Origin: Marsupella aquatica
Taxonomy: Eukaryota; Plantae; Marchantiophyta
Reading direction: 5' to 3'
Assembly (NCBI GenBank): GCA_973895155.1
Contig: OZ316896.1
Coordinates: forward strand, 15,247,419 to 15,311,418
Length of the DNA stretch: 64,000 nucleotides
The notes under the pieces were generated by a model, which ran no database searches, was not told the origin of the DNA, and worked only from the letters and a program-made list of their open reading frames with translations. Positions 46,271 through 60,602 of this stretch are shown in pieces. The translations under genes were made by a program, and so were the position numbers. The stretch's first letter is position 1. The number at the start of each line of letters is the position of its first letter.

Positions 46271-48659
46271 TCAAAAACTAGAGAATTACCTTGAAATGTA
46301 TCTAACTCAATTAATTCTTCATTATTTCTACCCCCGGAAATACACAGAAATTTTATACAGAATTACTTGGATGATAAAGTTTCCCATAAACTCTGGCATC
46401 ATGGGCGAGTGGCTTGCAGTATATTCTATCTAACACTGAAGGTAAAACAGTTGGGCAGGACTTCACTCTCATGTAGCTCCATTTTGAATCAGCTTCATAC
46501 CGCTACGGGGCAGGCTTCTGATAGCTGCTACTTTTTGATCAAGCTTCAAGTCCAGTTTGATCCGGCTTCAGCTGCCTAGGCAAGGAGAGCTTGAGGTGCT
46601 GATTGCTGGTGCATTTTGATCCAGGTTTTCTTCTATTTCTTCAGTTGCATTTCTACCCAGCTTCAACAAAGCGCAGATGTGGTGGGTTCAAACAACTGCA
46701 TCTCACCAAGAGTTTTTTAGAGTTCTCATTTTGGGAGAAACTTTATTGTTGACCTTTTGGCCTAAAATTAAAGTGATTTTGTCTGCAGTACTCACCCATA
46801 GAGTTTATCAAAGACTCTAATTTAAGATCACAGAATTTTTCTTTCTTTCATATATAGAACTTGGATAGTGTCCTGGTGGGTTCAAAAGCTCATGTAGTAG
46901 TGCTTCTCTACATACTAAAATCACCAGATTTCTAAAGGGGATATCTAATGGAGATGAACTGAATTAAATTTAGGAGGACTTCAGAGTTCTCCACAAGAAG
47001 AGTGGCCAATAAAGTGTTGACTCACTTCCCAGATAAAAGCAATTGACCAGAATGAGATTAGTATGGACTAAAAAACTGGATTTAATAGATAGATTACCTG
47101 TTGAAGAGTTTGGATGAATGTTCCAGGAAACTCATTGACTGTTGCCTATTTGGTCTTGCCTTTCAATGTTGCCTGTTGTTGTGCATTGCCCATCTTGCAC
47201 GTACAAAAGGTGATCAAAGACTTGAGCATATATGTCTTCACATTTCCAAATGCTATGTATGGTGCACAATTCAAAATAAGTGCAGAGTTTGTTCAACCTA
47301 AGTTGTCCTAGCAAGTGTAGCTTAGAGGTAGTGTTAACTTTTCATTGTGGCAAGTGAGGTCTGAGTTCAAGCTTAAGGGCTGTATTCCATTCGCCTTGGG
47401 CACACAAAACCCCCTTCTGTTGACCCCCTGCTCGGCAATCCCACCCTTTTATGTCCTTTGGGGTCCATTGTCATTCCTCACCCCCGAAAGGCATGTTTTG
47501 AGGTGGCGGCACACCAGCTCCACACGACAATCACTCGCAATCCACCGACAACTCACGATCCAAGACCTCGGGCCTTCATAGTTTGTTCCCCTTACTCAAA
47601 GTTTTATTGATCAATGCCAGACAGTGATACAAGCAATTGTCTGCATTTTGGAGGCAGATTTGTGCATGAGTGCTGAGTTTGCTTAAATCCTCTTGGGCAG
47701 ACTTAGTCAAGAGAGAATCTTTGTTTTGTCCTTTCATCATCTTCTTGAACCAATGTGAGTCAAGCCTGCAAATAGGATTGGCGGCAATCAGCAATTGAAT
47801 CAATCACTGCGAGAATCATGGTTGGTTAAGATTGGCTGCCCTCATTTTGGAAACCATCGTTGCTTGCTTTTCTCATCAGTATATTGAGGATTTTGAGGAG
47901 TTTAATCCAACCATGCTCAACACTAGAGAGCCAATCTTTCCTTTCTCTGGTCTAGAGCTTTGCAGTGGAAGGGTATTATGCAAATTGAATCTTCTGACAT
48001 CGCCTTTCAGCAGTCACCATCTGGTTTTTCTGCAGGGCAGTTGATGGTAGATCTCCAGATTGGGAGCTAGCTTTTACTGTGTATGTTTGAGCAAAATTCT
48101 TAGTTACTCATAGGAAATGATGACTACAGGTTGAAAAGTTTAAAATTAATTTTTGTTTGTGGCTTCTATTGCAGTCTTACTATAGTTTTTCATTGTTGGC
48201 AGTCCTCAGGAAAATGTAGTGGACAGAAAGATTCTTGTCAGTTGGGACCTTTCTCCTTTTGTAGGATTTTGTCAAACGCCCTTGTGATTGGCCCACTGGA
48301 GCTTAGGCAAATTTTCTGCCTAGAGATCAAGGACTCAAACAAGCACACAGAGCACAATGTAGCAAGAAGAGAATTCTACGAACTGACTTGGGACAACTAA
48401 GAAGTTACTAGAAGAACATTTTTTCCTTCATCCGATAGTTTTCAATATCACTGTCATTTATTGAAGGCCTGATTCACTTTTGACAATAGAAGGCTCATTC
48501 TAATCCTAGAGTGGGTCACAAAACGGGGGTAGGCCAGAAAGGGGGCAAATGGAACACAAACCTAAATAATCAGTTGATCTGCTTTCAACTGCACAAACCC
48601 CCATCCCAAAGTGGGGTTCTCCAAAGCCCTTTGCACAAAGACCACTTGACACTTGGAAA

Positions 48660-48852
48660 TTACTCTCTCTTATCACCTAATGGAAATGGACAGGCATAGA
48701 GCATCCAAGAATGGGACCCAACTCACTCTCTTATCACCTATTAATTGGAATGGACAGGTAGAGAGCATCTAAGAATGGGACCCAACGGACTCTTTTATCA
48801 CCTAATTCATTTGGAATGGACAGGTAGAGAGCATCTAAGAATGGGACCCAAA
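48660..48852. repeat. ~62-bp x3 tandem repeat
   Basis: TTATCACCTA..GGAATGGACAGG..AGAGCATC.AAGAATGGGACCCAA repeated three times. Confidence 0.9.
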
Positions 48853-49654
48853 AGATTGTAATAACTAAACTTTTCCAGGAATGAATCCTCTTCTCTGTTT
48901 TGATCCTCAAATGAGCTATCCAAAGGCAAGTCTGAAAAGTCTGAATCACTGTCAGTATGCTCAGTAATATGAGAGTCAACTTCAGAGAATCCATGGAGGT
49001 CGAGGTCTTCAGATCAGTATCTTGAGAACTCTTTGAACTCTGAACAACAATGGCTAGTTCAAGTCAGTGCCTGATTTGTTTCAAGCCTCTATGCCGGTCC
49101 AAAAATCGAGGCATGTTTGACCCTAACAGCTGTGAAGAAGTGATAAAGGCAGTTTATACCCAAATGAGCCAATTTTTATTCAAAAAGTATACATTTCATT
49201 ATAAGCTTGCAAAAATTGCACAACAGTCGTAAAGGTCCAAAGGACCATGAGCACAAAATGTATACATCCTAAATATGAGGGCCGAGTGCATAGAACTGTA
49301 ATCCCTAATCTGAGTCCTCTAAATCTGCATTCTTCGATTGCAACACGAGGTCTACTTTGATAAATTTCCTGGCACTCTTAGGTTTCCCAGGATTGGACTT
49401 TGGTTTGACAGGGGTTTTTGTAGGTGTCTTGGGAATTCCAGGATCCACAAAACTCAATCTTTGAATGTGCATCTCAAGTCCCTTCATTTCAAGTGAGACT
49501 TGTAGCTTGGGCGAATGCTTCAGAATGTCATAAACAATTGTAATTTTCTCAAATTCAGAGCATTGCTAAAAACAACAGCTTAAACATTGAGGTGATCTTG
49601 AACTTACAAGAAATCAACAAATTAGATGACGAATGAGGTCCACACACAATCAGG

Positions 49655-51330
49655 TGTGAGTTGACTACCAAAGAATCGGGGTCGTCCTACAAGTATGCTC
49701 AATCGCGACGTCCCACGATGTCAAGGGTGGACTCTTTACACTCAGTCGCAGTTTCATTGTTGCATCATCATCGACTTGCTTCTCACTTGCAACTTCTCAA
49801 TTGCAGCATCCCACAAAATCAAACGTTGTCATGGGTATAATAAGCTCTCAAGAACACGCGTGGGTGTCTGCCCGCATGTGCTAATTATGTCATTCACCAC
49901 TTATAAGAGACCTCATGCTTAGAACCAATTCCTTTGAGAGCGCGCCTTCTCCCTTCCTGGCCATTTCTCAAGTTTCGTTAGTTTCACTGTGCCTCTTGCA
50001 GTTTTCTCCAGAGAAATTGGGTGGAAAGGGCGTACTTTTTTCCGCAAGGACTCCTAAGCACTTTTGGTACCAAGAGATATATGTGATCTACTCCAGTTAT
50101 TGGCAATAGCACTAGAGTAGTTGGGGCCAGGTCCACACTCCACAAATCTCTCCTCCAAGTGATAATTTTTTTTACGTACTTTTTTCAACTCTCGGTTATG
50201 ATCTCTCATCTATTACACTATTATGAAAATACTCACATCCTCATCTGTACATCTATAGAGTATTAATGGATTTGATGACACATTAATTGCAGTGTATTCT
50301 TCTTTCCCAAACTTATGTGTAAGAACCTGTCTAATATCTACCTTCCTCTTTACTATCAACTTAATGTTCACCGTAGAACACAAATTCATAATTTGCGGAC
50401 TCTCATTCAAATCAATATTGACATGCATACTTCCTATATGCTTTCTGTCTAAGAGAGGTTCAGCGGCAAAGCCGTCCCTACTTGATCACAAGTTTGTAGA
50501 TATTATATCTATGGTATTGGCGGCATAGCCGACCTTGCCAGATTCAAAGCTCCATCTTCAAGGTACTCGAGTGGTGGCAATGTCTTCCATGACCAAGAAT
50601 TAGGAAAGTTAGAATCCTTCCACCATAGAAACCGGCGGCATAACCATTCTGTTTAGTCTTAAAACCGATGTTCAAGCATTCATCCAATGCAAATCTAATG
50701 CACACAATATGCACTCTATGCACTTTCTATCCTCGCACTCATATGCTTGAAATGTTAGAAAAATGGACTCCTCTGGGAGGGCAAGCCTCCCTCTTATTTA
50801 TAGTTGGAGCCAGACCATGCTGATCCCTTTACAAGAATATCCTAGAAAATACTAGAAAATACTAGAACTTACTAGATTTTACTTTGTTACCATGGTAAAT
50901 TCTAAAACTTACTTTTTTACCATAGTAAATTCAAGAAGTTACCGGAATTTACCATTTTACTATGGTATATTTAAAGTTTTACTAATTACTATGGTAGATT
51001 TTAAAAGTTACCAAAATTTACCTTTTACTATGGTAATTTTAGAAATTACTTTTCACTATGGTAATTCCTAAAAATTACCAATATTTATAATTTTACTTTG
51101 GTAGAAGTCAAAATCTACTTGTTACCATAGAAATCTCTATTTTTATATTTTCACACAAAACCAAGTTATTCTCCATATAGTCTAATTTCCTTACTGCAAC
51201 GCAAAATATCAACATGCAGCTCTAGCATGTCACCCTAAACTGATCTCATTGTACTCGAAATGACTTGCATAAGCGGGAGCCCAAAACCATAACAAACTTA
51301 TAAGCAAAAAGCTACAATCGTTGTGAGTTG
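49655..51330 (-). mobile_element. LTR retrotransposon remnants
   Basis: PPT TTGGAGGAGAGATT then TGTGGAG (50144) to CTCACA (49655) on the minus strand; CTATAAATA box at ~50800; TTACTATGGTA short repeats at 50870-51130; second TGTGAGTTGAC end at 51322. Confidence 0.55.
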
Positions 51331-52627
51331 ACAGCCTCTCGATCATGGGCGCCCTGCTTGATCGCCCTGCATGTAGTTGCACAAACACACAACTAGTTAG
51401 TCTTAGCATCCCTCAGACAATAGGGTTAGTCATGGACCCAATTTGGGCTGCTGTACTGGTAATGTGACCGTCCGAGTTATTGACGGTCACCGATTTTGGG
51501 CACCGCCCAGTTTCCAGTCATGGCCCTACTTGCGAGATTTTGGCACAATAAAACGGCCCGGGAAATATATAGTTTGAGACACCCTAATACTATATGAGCA
51601 GATTTGGTAGTTTCCAAGTAGTCCATCGAGGTTTAAACTTTATGTAATACAGTTGTTCTTCTTGTCACAGTTTTTTGCATGCTCATGAAAATGCCCCAGC
51701 TTCAGTGTAAGCCTAAACGCATACCTAGAGACTCCACTTGGAGTGATGAAATCAATCATTTTTAGACACATTGAAGATCACTAGTGGCCTTCTTTATGTG
51801 GTGAGAGATTTCTTCTCAAATCTAGTAAGATCTAACATGCTATTGTCACAAGTTTTTTACATCACATTTCCAAAATAGGAATGTCACAAATTGTAGTATC
51901 CTTTCTACTATCATCACAACCTTTGGTAGGGGGGTCTAACTTGGTCTGTGACACTACAGCTGAGTTTACTATATTGTTCAAGAATAGTGTGACCACAGCC
52001 TGGTAGGATGTGGTCTGTGACAATACAATTTTAACAATAAGGTGTACACAATACTATACAATAAGGTTTTTGGTCATATCTGGGCCCATTGCCATCATCA
52101 CATTATCTTATTTATAAAGCATCAACAACAAGCTAGACTTGGGGCCTATGCTTTTAGAATGAAGCCTGTAAACAGTAATTCCATGGCTCATCATGTGGAT
52201 GGGAAAACTGATGACTATTATGTATGTCAAATGATAATCATACATGTTTTTTGTTATGATTTCTATTTACATTAAAAAAATGGGTTCCATGGCCCCACCA
52301 TCACATATGTGCATAGAAAAATAGAGATGCATAGAAAAGAATATGACTTGTTGTATATAATTATTATATGATGACATGTATGATGGTGTTTTTTATCAAT
52401 TTTTGTTTTTCATTAACCTTCAAAGAAAATGAATATATTCTGGTGACATTTTCTGGCAAAACTTTCAATTCAACTTTGTGGTGGGGGCCAAAATGCCTCC
52501 AAATCTTTGTCTGCCCATACCATTTCTCCATATTAAATTCTGCGCATACAATTCTATAAAATATAATGTACAATGCTAACGAAAGGGTATTTGCAACTGT
52601 TCAACTTTTGTGACCAAATTTCTTTGG

Positions 52628-52680
52628 TCCCGGGCCGCACATAATACTCATCACTATTCACAAGGGGTGGTCCGGGCTAG
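52628..52680 (+). mobile_element. Helitron-like 3' terminus
   Basis: CCCGGGCCGC...GTGGTCCGGG imperfect inverted repeat immediately followed by CTAG|T. Confidence 0.35.
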
Positions 52681-53166
52681 TTTTTTCAAATAGATTAAAC
52701 TAAATAGACACACCCATGGGGTGATCTCATAACTATTATTACACGACAAAGAAGGAAGAAGCATAATTAAGCAACCAAACAAATGAAGCCCACATCGATG
52801 TATGCATGCGCGCTCTCGCTCTCGTCCTGACGCGTCATAGCATCAGCCGACGGCCCGTCCCCACCACAGTCTGTCCCGCTTATCTAACGGCGGTGGCGAT
52901 GCACCTTCCGGATGCCAGAGAATGTTCCACCGTAGATACTCTCTGTCTCTTTGTAACTGCCGCACGACGGCCGTCGGCCTATTCCCTTCTGCTCTGCTCT
53001 GCTCTGCTCTGTTTCTCCCTCTGCTCTGGTTTTCTGCTCCCAATGCTCTGTTTCTCTTCTCCCAATGCTCTGTTTCTCCCCAGGCTTCGACGTTGGATCC
53101 AACCGTAGTACGAAAACCTCGCACTGCAGAGTGGAATGTGGATCCTGGGAGAAGAAAGCTGAGGAA

Positions 53167-53268
53167 ATGGATGTTCGTGATGATGATGTCGTCCAAGAAG
53201 ACTCTACAGTGCCGCACTGGAACGAAACAGCAGTCGCCTACATGCAAGCATTGCTGAACGAGTTTTGA
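53167..53268 (+). promoter_or_regulatory. 33-aa upstream ORF in the probable leader of the TVP38/TMEM64 gene
   Basis: GAAATGG context; MDVRDDDVVQEDSTVPHWNETAVAYMQALLNEF*; lies after a CT-rich leader start (~52930-53080) and before donor CTG|GTAAGA at 53940. Confidence 0.45.
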
Positions 53269-55328
53269 AATTTGCTGCCACCGTGAAGTCAGGAGGAGAC
53301 GGGCTTTGGATTGGGATTTGATTGGACAAAACCACGAGAGAGTGAGCGAGAGAGAGGAAGAGTGTTTGCGAAATTCCTGTAGCGCTCCTCTTTCTGGCAG
53401 TGCAACGTGGGCTGCGAATTATTGTTACTGTCCAAGTGAATTCGACCGAGCGCACATCGATCGAGCGAACTGTCTCTTTGTATTACGGGCCAACTGTATC
53501 AGAGGAGCAACGGCGTTATTGTAGTAGTGATTTCTTTCTTCCTAGTACGTCGTCCTCTTCCGGTTCTTCCTATGGCAGGACTGTATTTCTGTGCTCTTCG
53601 GGAGGCGCGGAAGACAATTGCTCGTGATTATGTACTGTTGTGATCGAGGAGTGGCTGGGAATTGAGCGATTAATTGATCGGTGGATTGATCCAAGGGGTG
53701 GTGGATGAATAGCAATTATTCTGCGTACACTATACTGGTTTGATGGTTAGAGGGGTGGAAAGACTGGAATGATCTCTGTCAGCGATCTTCTCTGATGGAC
53801 TGATGATTAGTTTATTGACTAGTTGGTTGGGCATACAGTAACGAATTATCGGCGCTACTAAACCAAGTTGCCAAATCTCTCCCTGCTGGTGCGTTCGGGC
53901 CAGGCTTTTTCCTCTTCACTCATTCGTCCTCTCTCTCTGGTAAGAATTTTTCGGTTGCTCTCTTTCTTTATTCTGTATGGTTTGAACTAAAATTTTGGTG
54001 TAATTCTAAAATGCCTAGGACTTCTATACTGTCGCTCAGAAATTGATGCCGAGTCGAGCCTTCCCTCTCTAATTAGATGCGCTCTCTAGTTCTATCTGTC
54101 CTTCATCTGAAAGAAAGGCAAAGTAAGGATTTTGCGACTCTGCGCAGTTACACGACCCCGGCGAAATTGCAGTGACCCCGGTGCCCCCGGCAAGCGTTCA
54201 TTGCGTGGGAATAGGCAGGCACTGAGGGGAATTGTGGTCTCGCATCTCACCTGAATTAAAGACAGAGCACTACCTTGTCATGATGTGGAGGGGTGACTGT
54301 AGTTGATATGGGCTATCATTTCCGGTCTTTGTTGGCTCAGAGAAGAATGAACGAATGGGGCCAGGAGATGGGATGGATCACACATCGCCTGAGTCGGATT
54401 CAATCAGATAGAAATAAAGTCTTGTCGATCTTAGAAAGGGAGCTTTCGTAACTCTTTGCTGGCTTGCTCGCTCTATTGGTCACTTGCGCAGGCGCACGCG
54501 TTCTGATGCCTGTGTAATGGACCTTCTCCAGTGTGGCTTTAAATTAAGGTGTTGAACAATATGCTGCCGAGGTCTCTTGGGGAATTGAAACGACTCAACG
54601 AGTGCATTTCGCTGCAAAATCAACAGGGCCCACCGACTTCGTCAAGGTAATAGTCCTCGCAAGCCTGTTCAGTCTGTCCATCTTCCTCCCTCGCGGATGG
54701 AATTCTCTATGATTTTAAGAAATTAGCTCTCTTTCGGATTCTCTGATCTCTGTCCTTCCGTGAGACTCGAGGTCCATGTGGAGTTCAAATTCATTCATGC
54801 ATTCATTGAGCCTAAAGAAGTCGCCCCTATTCATGCTACAAGGCAAACAAGCTTGTAAATGGCTTGCAGCACTCAGCAGAATTCTTGGAACCTCTGTCCT
54901 CTTATCGTCATTTACCGGGATGCGCATTTTTAAAAGGATATCTTGACACCAATTGTCCAGTGCAACTTTTTAATTCATGTAAAAAAAATGTGCTTCCCAG
55001 GTTGCCGGGGCAGTTTAATCAACTCAGCAACGTTGGCCTTCAATTTTTTTGTGGAGTCAAACGGGCTTGTTAGGGTGGACCAGGTGAATTTCTCGAAGCT
55101 GCTATCTCAATGTCTGGGACTTTCCATTGCTTTTTGCTTACCACCTGCACTTTCGCTCTGTCCTATTGGCCACTGGAGGGAGCCCTGCGGACTCGAATAT
55201 CAATTCGATAATCATGTCACCCTGAAAGACAACGGTATGCACGGAAATTCTTGCATTGAATATCCTTTACACTTGTGTAGGAACTATACAAAGCTCGAAT
55301 CTCCCAGAATTCCGGGAGAACGGAAGTT

Positions 55329-58300
55329 ATGGATCAAAGGTGCATTACAGTGGGACGAGTCATTATGGTGGTTGCGCTGCTTGCCTCCATCAGCATTGCG
55401 TGCTGGTTTCTGCCCATTGAGAAGGTGCCTGAGGTCTCACTTGATTGATAGAAGTTTTTTAACAGGCACAGTTTTGGAGCTTGGATCGTGAGGCATTTTG
55501 GGATGATTGTATTATAACCTTCTGTCATTATAGTAATCCGTATACGAAAGGGCAACAACATTGGTGACCACTTAGTGATACTGATTAGTTTCTATCATTT
55601 GCAGTCTGTATCTGGATGCTCTGGGTAGCATGTTTTCGTTCACTAGAGAATTACAAGCCACAATATTCTTCTCCCATTTAGGAACAACCAACTTTAGAAT
55701 CTCGTAAATTGCAGAAGGTTGACGCCAACTTTAGAACCCGACATTGAAAACACGTCACGGCACCTGTAAATTGTCCAAATGTAAGTGTGTTAATGATTAA
55801 TACCAGCATAACGGAGAGTTATCAACAGTTCTATTTTTACGAGACTTTCTCTGTCACGTGTCAACTTATTCTTGAGGTTGTATTCCCAGAGGACATTCTT
55901 TATTGGAGTATATATAGTTCACTTGACTAAGACGAAATGCTCTTGCTCTTCAGGTATTGAGGGACTTCATACTCTGGGTGCAATCAGATCTTGGTCCCTG
56001 GGGCCCTCTCGTCTAGTAAGTTACTACTCGCACACACAGAAATCAGGGCTGTTCAATGATGTCTTTTAGCTCGCAAGCATCCGAGCAAACTTTGACGATA
56101 TGCATGACTTTCTATATTTTGTTGAGATGGGTTTGCCTTCAAACCCTTCCTTCCGTTTCGTAGGCACCCAGATATTCAGCCATTTTTATACGGGATTTAG
56201 ATTTTGGCCAATTGGATGATGTTGCCCTAAACGCCAAGTCCTGCGGGGGCCTGAGATGTGCTCGGTTGCCGCCAGCAGTGTTTTGAACAGTTTCAAGTAG
56301 TAAAGCCCTCAGGATGTTTGTTGTTTTCTAATGGCGCACCTTCTGTTTTCTGCAGTATGTTGGGGTATATACCATGCACGGTACTTGCTGTACCAGCCTC
56401 CCTACTCACGGTAAAATGAACATCTTCGGACACTTTCATGATTTTCTAGGGATTTGATCAAAATAGATGAAAGTTGCCTTAACCAAACCTATCAAGGAAT
56501 CTTATTCTATCGTTGCAATTTTGGTGTCACGACAGCTTGGAGGTGGATATCTGTTTGGATTAGTTATTGGCTTCATAACAGATTCAACTGGATCTACAGC
56601 TGGTGCTACCGCAGCCTTTATCGTGGGAAGAACAGTAAGTGCCTAAAACTGAATGCTCCGATACATTACAGTTTCATCTGGGCGTCCTTTCTTCATATAT
56701 TCGAAACAGGCCACATTTTGGTGAAGTCTTAGCATCGCCACATTTTCTATCCAAGAACCACGTGTCTTTGTTCAATTGTGATTTACTAACATCTATATCT
56801 CGTTCGGTGGGATGCAGATTGGAAGGAGCTATGTAACTTCAAAGCTCGAAGATTACCCACAGTTTCAAGCCATTTCTATAGCAATCGAAAGACAAGGCTT
56901 CAAGGTTACTCGCTCTCTCTGTCTCTATCCCATTTATTTCCGTCTTGCCTTCCCCAACCAAATGTCTTAATATTTATAAAATAGAAATGAGAGCGACCGA
57001 TAGAGATCGAGTACATAGTGTAATTACTAAAATAGGTTTTAGTCCAGGACCAAATCTAAGATCGAGTACCAATGTTGCAAGAACCCTATTCTCTGCTAGG
57101 AGTAGGAGTGTGCAGAGGAAGGAGGGGGAGGAGATGCGGTTGTTGTTGGTGGTGGTGGTTTTGCAAGTCTTGGCTGATGTCAAAGAACATTCTTGTCTGG
57201 GTTGAAGCTAAAGATTCTAACTGTTTGATCCGTGACACAGATAGTTTTGCTCTTGCGAATGGTGCCCCTCCTGCCTTTCAACATGTTAAATTATCTACTT
57301 GCTGTAACACCCATAACTTGTTATACATACACGGTGGCTTCATGGATCGGGATGATGGTAAGTTAAAGTGGGCTGATTGTTCTTCTGGTTGTTGTTTTCT
57401 TCTGCTGCATTTCGAAACAAAAAGGAAAAGTAAGGACCTTCAAGTCCTGGGACATTGGCTAGTTGGTCTCTTAACACGTAAACAGTTGAAGAACAATAGA
57501 TGTCATTGCTCTCGGATTCTTAAGTGAACCGCGTCAGGCTGGAATTCGTTTTCTTGTTGTCATAGACCATTTTATTAAGATTCTCTGCATCTTTCTGTCC
57601 AACTTTGATCATCTGTCCAGTGTCTGTCTGTCCCTATCATTCACTGCACTGCCTGCTCAGACAGTAAGGGGTCTGGGGGCATTTCTGACTCTGTATAGTA
57701 GATGTAACAATTCCTGAATTTTCTAATATGTCTGAGGATTTATTAAATTAGCTTACCGAACTGTTAACTGTATCCTAGAATCGGTCTCATAGTCATCTCT
57801 TCTGTTCTAACCTAGTGTTTTGGATTTTCATTTGCAGCCCATGACACTAGTTTTGGTGTATGCTGGAACGACCATCAAGGATATAACAGATTTTGGTCGT
57901 CATGATGGGCATTTGACCCCTTCTCGCTGGGTAAGTTGATGCAAAATGTTCATCTCTCGGTGCAAGAGATCCTAGTCGGATTTGTTTGGACGGGATTGTG
58001 GTTTTCCTTCAAAATTCAGTTAATTTGATGTAAAGCTCTTTAGTGTCTAACTTGTAGCCAATGGAAACCTTTCTCTTTGTCGAAGAACTTCGTTTCATCC
58101 TTCTCGTCTGGAGTTCTTTGCATGATGTAGTGCTGTAATGGTTGGATTACTAGTATCGTCCTATACGCATGATTTCTCATACTGTGTCTCAACTTGAATG
58201 CAGCTTATGCTTGGTAGTGGTTTGTTCACGAGCGGTAAGCAACTCCCATCAATTTAAGCTTCTTTGTTGTTTCAGATTATTCAAAGCGAGGAGTGCTGTT

Positions 58301-58925
58301 ACCATCTGTCCTTATAGCAGTCTATCTCTTTTAAGAACCCCCGACCAATATATTTGTTTCATGTCCTTTTGAAATTATGAGCTGCCAGCCATGCCCCTGG
58401 CGTTTCTTGTATAGCTCATATTGGTTGCATGCCGCTGGAAAGGCAAAGAGGTTCTTATATGTAAGTTGAAGTTAAGCAGGACAAAAGATGATTTGTGGAG
58501 AGCCAAATTTTTCTGGAAAGGTTTTCTTTTTTTGGCGGGGGGGGGGGGGGTGGGGGGGCGCGGTGTTGCGGGGAAGCCCACTGTGGCTTCCCAAGGGCTT
58601 TGGTTTGTTTTCTGCTTTTGAAATAAGTTAGAGTAATTTGAAGTTCTAACTAATCTGTGATTCTTGCGCTGTCCTGTGCCAAACTGCCTGGAGAAATGCA
58701 GTGATCGTGGTCATAGTAGTGACTCGAATAGCTAAAGACGCATTACAAAGAGCTGTCGACGAAGAGGGTGGCAAAGTGGACGAAATCATTGTGGTACCAG
58801 CGGCCATAGATGCAGTAAATTCAACAAATCCAGTGCCTGCGATCCAACAACCACTGGTGGTGAGGATTGCTTCATGTGGTAAAGAAGTCAAGAAATGTAT
58901 TATTGCCAAACCAGTCGGTACCTGA
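55329..58925 (+). CDS. TVP38/TMEM64 (SNARE-associated, VTT/DedA-domain) membrane protein, 287 aa
   Basis: Exons 55329-55424, 55954-56015, 56356-56410, 56536-56634, 56818-56904, 57241-57357, 57838-57930, 58204-58234, 58702-58925 (864 nt). Motifs LGPWGP, VLAVPASLLTLGGGYLFG, AAFIVGRTIGR, GFKIVLLLRMVPLLPFNMLNYLL, VYAGTT. Confidence 0.96.
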
Positions 58926-60158
58926 AGTAAGGAACAGGACCAGCGTAGCTTCGTAGTTTTGCCTTGAACCGAAAGACGATCCACCCATCAGTACACGATC
59001 ATCTTTGGAACACTGATAAGAATAGCTTTTCATATAGTGGAAGGGACTAACCCTGACCCCCTTTATAATAGACGTTAGATATACAGCACATTGAAGTAGG
59101 ATATTCACGGGGGTCTGTCACATAATAGGTTACATGGGTGTCCGTTTTAGTAGAGACTGCCGGTCGAAACTCAGTCCGTTCAATTACTGCGAAGTGCTTT
59201 GGAGCAAGTACCTACTGTTCTCGGGTCAATTACAGGTCAGTGTGTTCCAAAGTCAGCTATTTATTGGTTTCTCGTTGGCATTCTTGTTATATTGTATCTA
59301 TTCGATCGGTTAAATTCATGCTTCAGCAATAAAAGAGGTCACAATAAGATTTGGGGAGCACTGAGCACTGAAGAGATTTACCAGATCTACACGGTTAAGT
59401 TTCCTCCTTCGCCTTTCATTCTTGTGTTTAGCCCAATGGATGATCTACTCAAGTTATTCAAGTGTCGACCTTCTGCAACTTTGTCCTGCTTTTTCTCCAC
59501 TTTCAGGAGCTCTCAGATATGTGTTATCTGTGATTTCGTCGTTGGTAACCACTCTTCACTAAAGCCAAAAGCCCTTTGATGCGAAATAGTTGTCCAACGG
59601 GAGCGATTGTGAAGAATTTGTCTCCTGGAATACTCATCTATAAACATGATGTAATCTGACAAGCATCATTGCAACAAATTCAATCATGCTTTTCTGGGGA
59701 CGAACTGAAACTCGCGTGACAGAAGGTTTCGGTTTTCCAGGTGCAAAAGGATTCTTGCATGTATTACAAAACTTCACGCGGAATCTATCTTTGTGCAAAT
59801 GAAGAATCTCCATATTAGTGTGGGGGTTGAATACATTTCCCATTTTTGAATTCAGATTCTTTCAAGCGATCTCAATTCTGCAGAAGTGATACACTGCTGT
59901 TACCACCTCACTCGTCTTATATATGCCAGTTTCACATTTGAGTTTTGTTGCTGGAGAAGGGGAGAGAAGAAAAGTCTCCATCTACACACATAACATGCAA
60001 TCCCGCCCACTGTCCTCAGTGTGCTTACAAATTGCATTCTGGGCGGGAAGTAATCCTGGCTGTTTGATGGCACCGTGTTTTAACCTCACCGTTGCATCTG
60101 CACTCAAACCCCTCGTAACTTTGGTGCCCTGGTTGCACATCAAAATCCTACAGCCAGG

Positions 60159-60602
60159 TACTTATTTAGAATTACATTCAGTGATTTAAACACTATAATT
60201 GGGTTTATCATGGTACCAACAGCCAAATACTTATTTAGCATTACATTCAGTGATTTAAAAACAATAATATATATTGTCACTTTTTTTATACACAATTATC
60301 GGGGCATTTAACCTTGCCTGCCCACACAATAATTGGATTTATCATGGTATGGAGTGACATAGTACACTATATTGTCACATGTCTAACCTTGCCTGCGCAC
60401 ACAATAATTGGGTTTATCATGGTATATAGTACACTATATTCTCACATTTCTATATGCACTTAACACACAATAATTGGATTTATCATGGTATGGAGTGACA
60501 TAGTACACTATATTGTCACATGTCTAACCTTGCCTGCCCACACAATAATTGGGTTTATCATGGTATATAGTACACTATATTCTCACATTTCTATATGCAC
60601 TT
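60159..60602. repeat. Compound tandem duplications (32-bp x2; ~140-bp x2 built from ~80- and ~60-bp sub-units)
   Basis: ACACAATAATTGG(A/G)TTTATCATGGTAT occurs four times; 60325-60462 is nearly identical to 60465-60602. Confidence 0.9.

Noticed and set aside
54943-55491. 182-aa ORF overlapping the TVP38 start
   Set aside because: Mostly within a predicted leader intron, out of frame with the conserved CDS, and without motifs.
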